From positions 32,001 to 96,000 of IMG/VR virus record IMGVR_UViG_3300037483_000453: a DNA stretch of 64,000 nt. The stretch is one strand, 5' to 3'. Positions 25,389 to 35,500 of the stretch are shown here, in pieces. Within the stretch, counting starts at the first letter, position 1. Each line of letters opens with the position of its first letter. The notes below the pieces were generated by a model that was not told the origin of the DNA, did no database searches, and was given only the letters and a program-made list of their open reading frames with translations. The translations under genes and the position numbers were made by a program. The stretch comes from a virus.

Positions 25389-26738
25389 CTAATCGAGTTC
25401 TATCTCATAGGGCGCCAGGAGCTCCTGGTCATCACTGACTATGACGAGGTCTCCCCACAAGGCAGGCCGGCGTCCATACCCTGTGGGAATGATGCACCAG
25501 ATGACCTTCATGTTTTTGGGCGCATGCTTGGGGGCCGCTCCATCACCATCCGTGAGATAGATGAGTATGTCTGGGGTAGGGTTGAGTGTCTGTGCAAGTT
25601 CGATGGCAGGGCAGAAGCTGGTACCGCCACCTCCGTATACAGGGAGCGAGTGGATGTCTCTCATGCGGATACGTCGAGGCGTTATTGCTACCGCCGCGTC
25701 CGCGTCAATGAACCAGGCATCCTCGATGCCTAGCTGACCAAGAATACCCTTGATTTCAGCGTTCACTGACAATATTTGGTCTGGGCCCATGGACCCAGAG
25801 CTATCTCGAACAAGCATAATCTCTGGTTTTCGATCGATCATGCCTGGTCGAACTATTCCCCTCGAATAGGAGCGTTTGGATGGGCGTCTCAATGAAAAGT
25901 CTGCTCGCCCTGATAAGACACGTCCTGAACACCTGCGAATAACGGAGCGCAGGCGTGAGCGCCAGGGGACAACAGATTTTCTGTTGTCGTCTTCAAGCAG
26001 CTGTTTGAGGAAGCCCGGAACCTTGCCACGGCCCTGGGCAGCAGCTTCTCGAGCCTGTGCTACTGCTTCTTTGCGTATACGCTGTTTGTCGGCTCCAGTT
26101 CTACCGATCTCAGCATCAACTTTGCTTTCTAGGCTGCTGTCACCATTGCCGCCACAGCTGCCGCATTTACCTGCCCCGACTTTACCGCTGCTGCCACCAA
26201 ACTTTTCACAGATGGCCTTGTATTTGTTAGGTGCCTCTTCCTTCATATTTAGGAGCAGCTCCACGTACTGTTCACCAGTAAGGTTGGGAGGAAACCCATA
26301 GGTGCTGGAATATATTGCCCAGTTAGGGAGTAACCACCCGCTATCTTTGGCATCATCATTGATGGGTATGTCAAACCCCTTATTGACGATGTCTTTTGGT
26401 ACACCTACTTGGATCAAAGAGTCCAGGCGCTCTATCCCCCTCAGGATGTGGCCAGCTTCATGGACAAGAACACCTGCTTGCATTTTGTAGGTGGCTTCAT
26501 CCTTGTCCATGGTCTTGATGTGACCAGTTTCTTTCACCATGTCCACATACCACACGGGGTCGATGAGCATGACCATGCCGGCTGTGACCCCGAGTGTCTC
26601 TAGCCCCTCCTGGAAGTGGGGGATGAGGCCATAGATGATGGAGGAGTAGTATGGCGCTTCTCGGCGGATATACGCTCTGGCTAGAGATAGGGCCTCGAGA
26701 CAGCGGGTCTCATAGGATTTGGTTGAGTTGTCCACCAT
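25389..26738 (-). CDS. HExxH metallopeptidase-like + vWA domain protein (DUF2201-type)
   Basis: LVHEAGH; MIDAS VRDSSGSM; GGGGTSF; LIYLTDG. ATGA overlap with the AAA gene. Confidence 0.85.
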   Translation of the reverse strand: MVDNSTKSYETRCLEALSLARAYIRREAPYYSSIIYGLIPHFQEGLETLGVTAGMVMLIDPVWYVDMVKETGHIKTMDKDEATYKMQAGVLVHEAGHILRGIERLDSLIQVGVPKDIVNKGFDIPINDDAKDSGWLLPNWAIYSSTYGFPPNLTGEQYVELLLNMKEEAPNKYKAICEKFGGSSGKVGAGKCGSCGGNGDSSLESKVDAEIGRTGADKQRIRKEAVAQAREAAAQGRGKVPGFLKQLLEDDNRKSVVPWRSRLRSVIRRCSGRVLSGRADFSLRRPSKRSYSRGIVRPGMIDRKPEIMLVRDSSGSMGPDQILSVNAEIKGILGQLGIEDAWFIDADAAVAITPRRIRMRDIHSLPVYGGGGTSFCPAIELAQTLNPTPDILIYLTDGDGAAPKHAPKNMKVIWCIIPTGYGRRPALWGDLVIVSDDQELLAPYEIELD

Positions 26739-27997
26739 CAAGTAGCCCATTGCGCAGTTAGGTTTTTCTTACGCCCAGTTTCCAAGATGACAGCCTCTGC
26801 TGCCTTTTTGAGGTCAGGGGACACGGGGTTGTCGTAGGGCCCGAGCCCGTCAGTGATGAGTGCTGAAGCGTGCGTGGCAACAATGTCCCAGTGACCTACG
26901 TTGCCCAGGTCTGCGAGGCGAAGCCACGCTTGTGTGGCCAGCTGCATCCGCTCTTGGCCCTCGGGTAGCCCAATCACCAAGGAGGTGATTGAGGCATAGG
27001 TGGCGTGCACCCGGTCTAGTTGCCTGGGGATCGACCATCCCCCTGCAAGGACGACCCGGGGGTCTGGTAGGTCAGCCTCGATGGCCCAAGCCAAGTACTC
27101 AGCGGCTGCGCCCTCACCCACGCACGCTTCCATCATCAGGTTCTCCAGGTTGGATTCTAGGCCCAGGCAACGCACGGTGGCCATACAGCGGAATGCAAAC
27201 TCCCAGCTGCGGTCAGAGGGCCAGCAGTATCCAGCTTGTGCATTGTCCGGCTTGGGCTGTTGATTGCGGATGGAGTCGTGCCCGCGCACGAAGCCAACCC
27301 AAGACCCCTTTATCTGAGGCCAGACCCCCGACCACTCTTCCTTGAGACGCGCGGTTGGGGCATTGAGTGGCCTCACAGCTTGAGATCCCTCAGACAGAAT
27401 CCAGTTAATCAGTTTATCAACTGGTGGCTTGCCCACATAGAAGTGTGCAGACCGGTTGGCAAAGGGTGCCTCAAGCCCCCACCCTCCGGCTGAGTACTCC
27501 GGAGGGTTAGCAGCCATCAATATTCGTATGTTGGGGTGGAACCTGACAGCGCCTACACGCCTATCCAGCACCATGCTGAGCATAGCTCCTTGTACCGCCG
27601 GGGCAGCACAGCTCACTTCATCAAGGAACAGCAGTCCGCCACCCATGTCATTCAAGATGGTGACCTGGGTGAGCATGCAAGCTGACATGAGTTTGTCCGC
27701 CAGTACTACTGGTAGTGAGCTGAAGTCCTCGGGCGCGTGGGTACCCGGGTACACCACCTCTACATGCAGGCCCAGCTTGGCAGCGGCCTGTTTGATAATG
27801 GCCGATTTACCAATGCCTGACAGTCCCCAGAGGATACCGGGCATTCCCATTGGGCAAGAGTCACTGCGGGGGTCTTTCATAGGCGTCATTAGCAGTGCCA
27901 GCATGACGTTTTCCAGGTGACTTGTTGCGTCGGGCATGAGTGCCCCACCGGTTACTTTTTGAATCTCTGTCTCTATGGCTGCTTGCTCGTTGGTCAT
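26738..27997 (-). CDS. MoxR-like AAA+ ATPase
   Basis: Walker A GLSGIGKS, Walker B LLFLDE, sensor MAANPP, PFANR, PSDRSWE; start at MTNEQ. Confidence 0.88.
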   Translation of the reverse strand: MTNEQAAIETEIQKVTGGALMPDATSHLENVMLALLMTPMKDPRSDSCPMGMPGILWGLSGIGKSAIIKQAAAKLGLHVEVVYPGTHAPEDFSSLPVVLADKLMSACMLTQVTILNDMGGGLLFLDEVSCAAPAVQGAMLSMVLDRRVGAVRFHPNIRILMAANPPEYSAGGWGLEAPFANRSAHFYVGKPPVDKLINWILSEGSQAVRPLNAPTARLKEEWSGVWPQIKGSWVGFVRGHDSIRNQQPKPDNAQAGYCWPSDRSWEFAFRCMATVRCLGLESNLENLMMEACVGEGAAAEYLAWAIEADLPDPRVVLAGGWSIPRQLDRVHATYASITSLVIGLPEGQERMQLATQAWLRLADLGNVGHWDIVATHASALITDGLGPYDNPVSPDLKKAAEAVILETGRKKNLTAQWAT

Positions 27998-27999
27998 TT

Positions 28000-28572
28000 T
28001 TACCCGGTCTTGGTGTAGGCGCAGTTGGCGCAGTTGCTGTCCTCTTCTGCAGGGCAGCCATTTCTCCAGCATCGAATCGCGGTGCCCTCAGGACACTCAT
28101 GGTATTGCTTCACGGGCTCATCCCAGAGCTCGTCAACGACATCTGAGTTCAGCATGTTGATGCAGCTTATGCACAAGACGTGTGGATCAGGGCTGGTGCA
28201 TTTGAAGGTGGTTCCGCCATACTCTCCGTTGGGGTATCGGGATGCCTGCCGGACTTCACCAGCTGTGATTATGCCGACAACTTCACCAGTGCGAATCCCA
28301 CTATGGCATGTGCTGCAGTTAGTGATTGATTGGTCATCGTCGACCAAGGGGACGTCCCGCTTGTAATCAGCTAGCTCCTCCTTGGAGCAGTCCCAGCAAC
28401 TCTCACAGAAAAACTGTGGTTCCCAAAGGAAGTCACCGTCTTCGAAGATCAGGGGCGAATACAACATCCCCTTCTCAGTTAGATGGGCAATCACTATGGT
28501 GACGACATAGGTTTCCTCCGTGAACTGTATGGTGTCACCGCACGTAACACAGGAGAAGTCGGGGGTTGCCAA
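28000..28572 (-). CDS. Acidic multi-zinc-finger protein
   Basis: CVTC...CESC, CSTC...CISC and a C-terminal Cys cluster. TTG start behind AGGAG. Confidence 0.75.
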   Translation of the reverse strand: MATPDFSCVTCGDTIQFTEETYVVTIVIAHLTEKGMLYSPLIFEDGDFLWEPQFFCESCWDCSKEELADYKRDVPLVDDDQSITNCSTCHSGIRTGEVVGIITAGEVRQASRYPNGEYGGTTFKCTSPDPHVLCISCINMLNSDVVDELWDEPVKQYHECPEGTAIRCWRNGCPAEEDSNCANCAYTKTG

Positions 28573-28583
28573 GTCAAGTGCTC

Positions 28584-29171
28584 CTAGATGTCGGCCGTTT
28601 CCCATAGCAGGTTGTTCCTCTCTACCCGCACCCATCTGGCGTTGATAGTCTCGAGTCTTGGGTCCGGGCCATAGCCCGTGTATCTGTCCATGTCTGCTAG
28701 CAGCATGTGCATTTCTTCTCTGTCTGATACGCCTCCGTCGTGAACACGCCGTATGACTTGCAGGTTACTGGGCAGTACCCCAGGGTAGTGCTCACGGAGC
28801 CTGAGTTCTCTGTCCAGTAGGTCATCGTCGAGGTCCTCCTCATCGACGCAGAATCCAAACCATCCTGGGTCAGCTACGTCGGGGTAGTCCGTGCCGGCCC
28901 AATGACAGGGGCTGCCAGGTTTAGCAATGCCAATGAGGACCTCTAGGTCACGCTGGTTGCAGAATGTAACAAATCCCTTGTTGTCCAGGAACTTGGCCCT
29001 CACCCCGTTCAATCGGCGTCTGCGGATTGGCGCACACAGGTACTGCAGAGTCCACACTCGACCCAAGGTCTTGAGGTCCAAGCATTGAAAACCGGGGAGT
29101 CCAAAGTTCTCTTCTAGGATCCGTGTCCCTGGTATAGTGGCTAGCCGTACCTTGTTTGGATTGACAAGCAC
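28584..29171 (-). CDS. Hypothetical protein
   Basis: 195-aa ORF with GTG start abutting the upstream stop. Confidence 0.75.
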   Translation of the reverse strand: MLVNPNKVRLATIPGTRILEENFGLPGFQCLDLKTLGRVWTLQYLCAPIRRRRLNGVRAKFLDNKGFVTFCNQRDLEVLIGIAKPGSPCHWAGTDYPDVADPGWFGFCVDEEDLDDDLLDRELRLREHYPGVLPSNLQVIRRVHDGGVSDREEMHMLLADMDRYTGYGPDPRLETINARWVRVERNNLLWETADI

Positions 29172-29255
29172 CTACTGCCCCTCACGTGCTACACAGTGTT
29201 GTGCCCACAGGAGCAAGCCCTGGAAGAATGAGACTGCACATAGAAGGAGGACCAT
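29172..29255 (-). CDS. 27-aa hydrophobic micro-protein (MVLLLCAVSFFQGLLLWAQHCVAREGQ)
   Basis: Hand-translated. AGGAG RBS; ATG directly after the upstream TAA; TAG directly before the next GTG. Confidence 0.5.
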   Translation of the reverse strand: MVLLLCAVSFFQGLLLWAQHCVAREGQ

Positions 29256-29399
29256 TTATTCTCCTAGCTGTTCATCCTTGGCGACCTCGTCCTGCCCTTC
29301 CTCGGGCTCGCCATACAACTCGTTGAGGTCCTTCTGGAACTGCTCTCCGGAGTTCTCAAAACTTCGCTCATCTTTGCTACACTTATTTTTTGGACCCAT
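29256..29399 (-). CDS. 47-aa acidic micro-protein
   Basis: MGPKNK...QLGE behind AGGAG; this is the trimmed form of track ORF 29256..29516. Confidence 0.55.
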   Translation of the reverse strand: MGPKNKCSKDERSFENSGEQFQKDLNELYGEPEEGQDEVAKDEQLGE

Positions 29400-29429
29400 A
29401 CGTCTCCTACGTTGCTCATGTCTACTGTT

Positions 29430-29439
29430 ATTATCCCCG
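29430..29439 (-). promoter_or_regulatory. Candidate phage promoter motif (CGGGGATAAT)
   Basis: 32 nt upstream of the first gene of the AAA/vWA cassette. Confidence 0.45.
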
Positions 29440-29509
29440 TATTCAGAGATTGCTTTCATGCGCTGGCTCACTGATCTAGGGCGCTGCATGGGGTACAATA
29501 GGGCTTGAT

Positions 29510-32500
29510 ATGGCACACGTAGACCACACCGCTGCCTACGAGGACCTCCGAGACAACGTCTTGGCGGGCATTCGTGGTTCCTTTCCCATTGAGGGGGCTC
29601 AACAAACAGTTGAACTGCACGGCTTGGAAGTGAAGGAAGGGGACCTCCACGCTGACGATATCAAGGGTCAGCACCAGGCCAAGATTCAAGGCAAGACGTG
29701 GGCATCTACTGTTTTCGGGGACCTGTCAGTCCGAGACAACAAAACTGGGGAAGTCATCAGTCGGAAGAAAATACGCATGGCAGAGGTGCCACGGGTTACC
29801 CGAAGGCGTAGTCACATTATCAATGGGTCTGAGTACCAGGCGGACAATCAATGGCAGCTCAAGCCAGGTATCTACACCAAGCGCAGGGTCAACGGTGAGC
29901 TTGAGGCTGTATTCAATGTAACCAACCGACGCAACTTTGATATTGTGTTCAATCCTGAGAACAAACAGTTCATGATGCAGCGTGGTGGCTCAAAGGCCAT
30001 CCCGGTTTACCCATTACTTAAGACCCTGGGTGTGGATGATGACGCACTGAAGCATTCGTGGGGAGCAGACATTTTCGCTGCTAACAAGGATGCTAAAGGT
30101 GTCGCCACGGGCGTCGAGAAGTTTTTTCGTGTTGATAAAAAGCGGGCACCCAAAGACAAAAGAGAGGCTGAGGAGTATCTCATCGAGACGATGCAGGGTT
30201 CCACGCTGCGCCCTGACGCCACTAAAGCCACACTAGGCAAGGGGTACACCAGCGTTACTGGTGATGCCATGAGGCTCGCATCGGCAAAGCTGCTCGCTAT
30301 CCAGGCCGGTGCACCTGAAGACGATCGTGACTCCCTCCTCTATAAGGACCTGAGGACTGTTGGAGATTATGCCTACGACAAGATTACTAGCCGAGAGAGC
30401 CAGCGCTCCATCCGGGGCAAGGTGGTTCGCAAGATGTTCTCGGCTAAGGATGTACGAGACCTGGTCAAGTTTGACATGTTCAATGATCCGGTCCTCCAGA
30501 CATTCACAAAGAACTCAGCAGTACACATCGCGTCACAGGTAAACCCGGTAGAGATGATTGCTGGAGCCCAGCAGACCACTGTCATGGGGCCCGGTGGTGT
30601 GCAGAGCCAGAATGCTGTCGACAAGATGGTGGGTCTTAAGTTCGTGAACCCGTCTCACATGGGTTATTTGGACCCGGTGCGTACCCCCGAGTGCTACGAC
30701 GACATCACCGAGGTGTACACGGAACATGGTTGGAAGTTGTGGCGCGACGTAACGACAGCAGACGCATTGGCCTGCCGTATCGACGGGAGACTAGCGTTTC
30801 ATACGCCCGACAAGCTCCACGCATCACACTTTACCGGCACCATGTACGGAGCACGAACGGGGAAGATCAACTACCTGGTTACACCCAATCATCGGATGTA
30901 TGTGCGCCCTTATACGGCTCCTGGATGTTCTGAGTTCAGGATGAGTCGAGCGGACTCCATCCATGGCAAGGACAGGACTTTCTCTGCAGCTCACTTGCCA
31001 CTCAGTGGGTGTAGCCTAGGGTATTTTGAGCTCCCACATGTGGCTGGTAACAACTCCAGTCAAAATGTTGACAAGATCTCAATGCTCGATTGGGCTGAGT
31101 TCATGGGCTGGTACATCTCTGAGGGGTGTACGACCTATACAGAAGAGACCGCTTCCTACCTGGTTCGCATTGCGCAAAGCGGTGCCGTCAATCCAGAAGA
31201 GTGTGCACGCATTGAAGCGCTGTTGAATCGGCTGCCGTGGAAATGGTGTCGAGATGGAAAAAATACAAGTTACGCGATTGGTGTGAAGCAACTCGCCCAC
31301 TACACCAAGCAGTTCGGATATTCAGAAGACAAATACATACCCGAGTACTTTTTCTCGGAAGCGGTTGAAGTCAGGGAGGCGCTTCTTGAGTGCCTGTTGC
31401 TCGGCGATGGCCGTGTGAACAGTATCCGCGCGACTGGCAAGTCATATAAGCAGCAGGTGTACTGCACGTCCAGTTCGAGGCTGGCTGCGGACGTAGAGCG
31501 ACTGGCTATATCGCTGGGATACTCAGTTAGAACTGCCACCTACCCAGATAACCGCGAAGAACGTTACCTTGCTATACACGAGGTGCGACTTCTGAGGCAT
31601 GTAGAGCGTACGGCACTTCGACGAAAGGGTCACTATTTCACACAGGAGTACAGCGGGATGGTTTACTGCGCCACCGTGCCTGGTGGCCTACTTTTGACGC
31701 GACGCCAAGGCAGTGTTCCGGTGTGGCTAGGTAACAGCGAAAAGTCCGGTGTTGTACTGCGGCTACCCATGGGACTCAGGAAGCAAGGCAAAGAGCCAGC
31801 TATACCTTTGTACAACCTAAAGACAAACAAGGTGGAACTCGTTGGCCCCACCAAGTTTGGGCAGTCCGCTGTAGTGCTCCCAGACCAAGTTGAATGGAAG
31901 GCCGGCAAGCCGAAAGCCAAATCCACTAAGGTAAGGATCTCTACCAAGGGTAATGAGCCTGGTGAAGGTGCAATGAAGGACGCTGATTATGTGATGCGTC
32001 ATCCGTCTCAGATGTTCAGCATCACTACCAACCTCATCCCATTCCTAGGCAACAACTCAGGTAATCGCGCTACGTATGCTGGACAGCATATTGAGCAGGC
32101 AATCTCACTGAAGAATCGCGATGCCCCATTGGTACAGGTGGGGACCGGCTCAAGGCAAAAGGGCATTGAGACATTCGAGGGTATTCTGGGACGTCAATCT
32201 GGGCACCAGACTGCTGTCAGCGGGAAAGTCGTCTCTGTCAAAGATGACGCTGTCATTGTCAAGGGCCGCGACGGCGACCATGAAGTTCAACTCTACAATA
32301 ACTTCCCGTTGAACGATCCGAAAGCGATGTTGCATTCAACCCCGGTTGTCAAGGTAGGGCAGCTGGTCAAGGCGGGTGATACTGTAGCGGACACCAACTT
32401 TAGCAAAGGTGGCACCCTCGCTTTGGGTGCAAACCTACGCGTCGCCTATATCCCGTATAAGGGCTACAACTTTGAAGATGGCGTAGTCATTAGTGAGAGT

Positions 32501-35500
32501 GCCGCTAACAAGCTCACTAGCGAGCACATGCATAAGCCTGAGGTGACACTCGATAAAGGCGTAGTCACCAACCCACGTAAGTACCTTGTACAGCACCCAG
32601 ACACCTACGGTAGGAGTCAGCTGGGCAAACTGGACGACGATGGTGTGGTGCGCGTTGGTCAAAAGGTAAAGACTGGAGACCCATTGGCCTTAGCTATGCG
32701 CCCGTTCCAGGCTAAGGACCGTATGAGTCTCCAGGCTATTGGAAGGTCACTATCCGGTCGACACACTGACATCAGCATGCGGTGGCAGTCAGACCATGAC
32801 GGTGAAGTTGTGGCCGTGCATAAGGACAAGGGCAAGACGACTGTCCATGTGCGCACTCTGGAGCCCATGCAGCTAGGTGACAAACTTTCAGGGCGGCACG
32901 GTAACAAGGGTATTGTCACCAAGATTATCCCTGATAACAAGATGCCACAGACATCAGATGGTCGTCATATCGAGGTAGCCCTAAATCCTTCTGGCGTCCC
33001 AGGTCGTATGAACGTTGGGCAGGTTCTAGAGACCGCAGCCGGTAAGCTAGCCGAGCAGGCTGGTAGGCCTTACATCGTTCATAACTTCAGTGGTGAGGAC
33101 CAGCTTGCCAAGATCAAGCGCAAGTTGAAGCGTGCTGGGCTGTTAGACCAGGAGGAACTTAGGGACCCCATTACCGGTTTGACACTCGGCAAAGCGCTCG
33201 TGGGGCCGCAGCATATGCTCAAGCTTATGCACCAGATTGACAAGAAGAACACGGCACGCTCAGGTATGGCCTTGTCAGGCAGTGAGGAGGACCCCGAAGC
33301 GTACGACAGTAATCTCCTGCCGTCTCAGGGAGGTAAGACTGGTGGCCAGCGCGTGGGTTCTCTAGATCTGTACACACTGCTGGCACACGGGGCTAAGGCT
33401 AACATTCGGGAGATGCAGACGTGGAAGAGCGAGGGGCCCGACCCACAGGCAGACCCAGCCAAACGGTGGCCTTCGCAGCATAGTGACGTATGGGGCGCTA
33501 TCCAGATGGGCGAGTCTTTACCTCCCCCGAGGCCCACGTTCTCTTTTCATAAGTTCACGGACATGCTCAGGGCCACTGGCGTCAATGTAGAGAAGAAGGG
33601 GCACCAGATCAGGTTACTCCCGATGACTGACAACCAGGTACTGGCAATGTCATCTGGTGAGTTATCGAAGCCGGGTGAGGTGGTATACCCCTCGCTGGAT
33701 GCTAATGGTGAATACAAACCAAAGCCTGGCGGTCTTTTTGACACTAAGGTGACGGGTGGTCACAGTGGTAAAAAGTGGTCGCACGTCTCTTTGGCTGAAC
33801 CAATCCCCAATCCGGTTTTTGAGAAGGCTATCCAGCGTATTACTGGGCTCTCCGAGAAGGAGTATTTTGGAGTTGTTCATGGCAAGAAGGCGCTTGATAA
33901 GAACGGCCGTGTGGTCGACTTGGATACAAAGAACACGATGACGGGAGGTCCGGCTGTTGTGGGGCTCTTGGACCAGATTAATGTGCCTAAGGCATTGGCA
34001 GCAGCTGAGAAAGAGCTATCAGCCACCTCTATCCCCAGCGACTACGCTCACCGCGCAAGCACTCCTAAGATCGACAAGCTAGTCAAGAAGGTAAAGTATC
34101 TACGAGCTCTGGAACAAGCAGGTATTGCTCCTTCAGATGCTTATGTACTGAAGAACTTACCAGTCCTACCTCCTGCCATGCGCCCTATCGCCGTCCTTAA
34201 GGATGGGAGTATGCGAGGTGGCGACCTTAACGAGCTTTACAAGAACTTCGGGACCATCAACACAGCTATGAAGGACCCCAGTCAGCAGAAGTTAGGGGAC
34301 GACCAGAAACAAGACTTGCGTGAGAGCCTGTATGATGGCGTGCGTGCACTCACCGGAGTTGGAACACACACCGATCAAACTCATAAGGGCATCATCCACC
34401 AGATTGCTGGCGACCCTGCCAAGGAGGGTTACTTCCAAAATGTCCTCATGTCTCGGCGACAAGACATGTCTATGCGCTCTACTATTGTCCCTGAGCCCGC
34501 GCTAGACCTGGATGAAGTGGGCCTACCTCGAAGTAAGGCTCTCGCACTGTACAAGCCATTTGTGGTACGCAAACTGGTAGAGATGGGGGCAGCACCGCAT
34601 GTACCAGAAGCGCGTGCAATGATTCAGAGGCGGGATCCAGCTGTAAGCAAGGCTCTTGAGCTAGCCGTTGCAGAACGCCCTGTGTTACTGAAGCGTGACC
34701 CCGCATTGCACAGGCATTCGTTGCAGGCATTCAATCCAAGGTTGGTGGGTGGTAAGGCCATTCAGATACACCCCCTTGTGACCAGTGGCTACAACGCCGA
34801 TTTTGACGGCGACAGTTGTGATTTGGATACTCCACTACTTCTTCGTATTCGTGGTGAGATAACTGCTATGACTGGCCGGGAGCTTGAGGCGTTGCTTCAC
34901 CCTGGTGAGGGCAACTACATCCAGGAAGTGCAGGGTATTGAAACAGCTGTGCGGGGGACCTGGGCGCCAGTAAAGACTGTCTCGTTTCATGAAGTGCGAG
35001 ACAAGAAGCGCTACCGCGTTACTACAAAGAATGGCGCAGCCTTCGTTGTATCCGAGGACCACTCACTTATGGTGAGTGGGCGTGAAATAAAACCAGGGCA
35101 GCTAGAACTAGGCGTGAGGCTGGACACAACAGAGGTACGTGCGGAGGTTGGTGGTTCCTACGACCTAGGTGTGATTCTTGGGCACTATATGGGGGACGGC
35201 AGTGCTGATGAGCGTCGCGTGTCTATTGCGTGTAAGTCTAGGGAGGAGAAGGAGTATCTTATCCGCCTGTGGGAGCAGGAGATGGGGCATCACGTGTCCC
35301 GATGCGAAAACAACGATTACTTCCAGATTTACAATCGCGAAGTAGCTGCCAGGGTGCTCGAGGTAGCCGGCCGATACTGTGAAGGGAAGTTCGTTGGTCC
35401 CTCTCTTTTGTCTGGTGGTAGGGACACATTGTCAGGATTGCTATCTGGTTATATTTTGGCTGACGGCTCTGTAGAGGTTACGCATAGTGGCAGCTACCTA

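Noticed and set aside
25350-25733. Plus-strand 127-aa ORF
   Set aside because: Starts inside the terminator hairpin and is antisense to the well-supported vWA gene
29400-29516. Long form of ORF 29256..29516
   Set aside because: The extension spans the divergent promoter region and overlaps the RNAP start; a clear AGGAG points to the ATG at 29399
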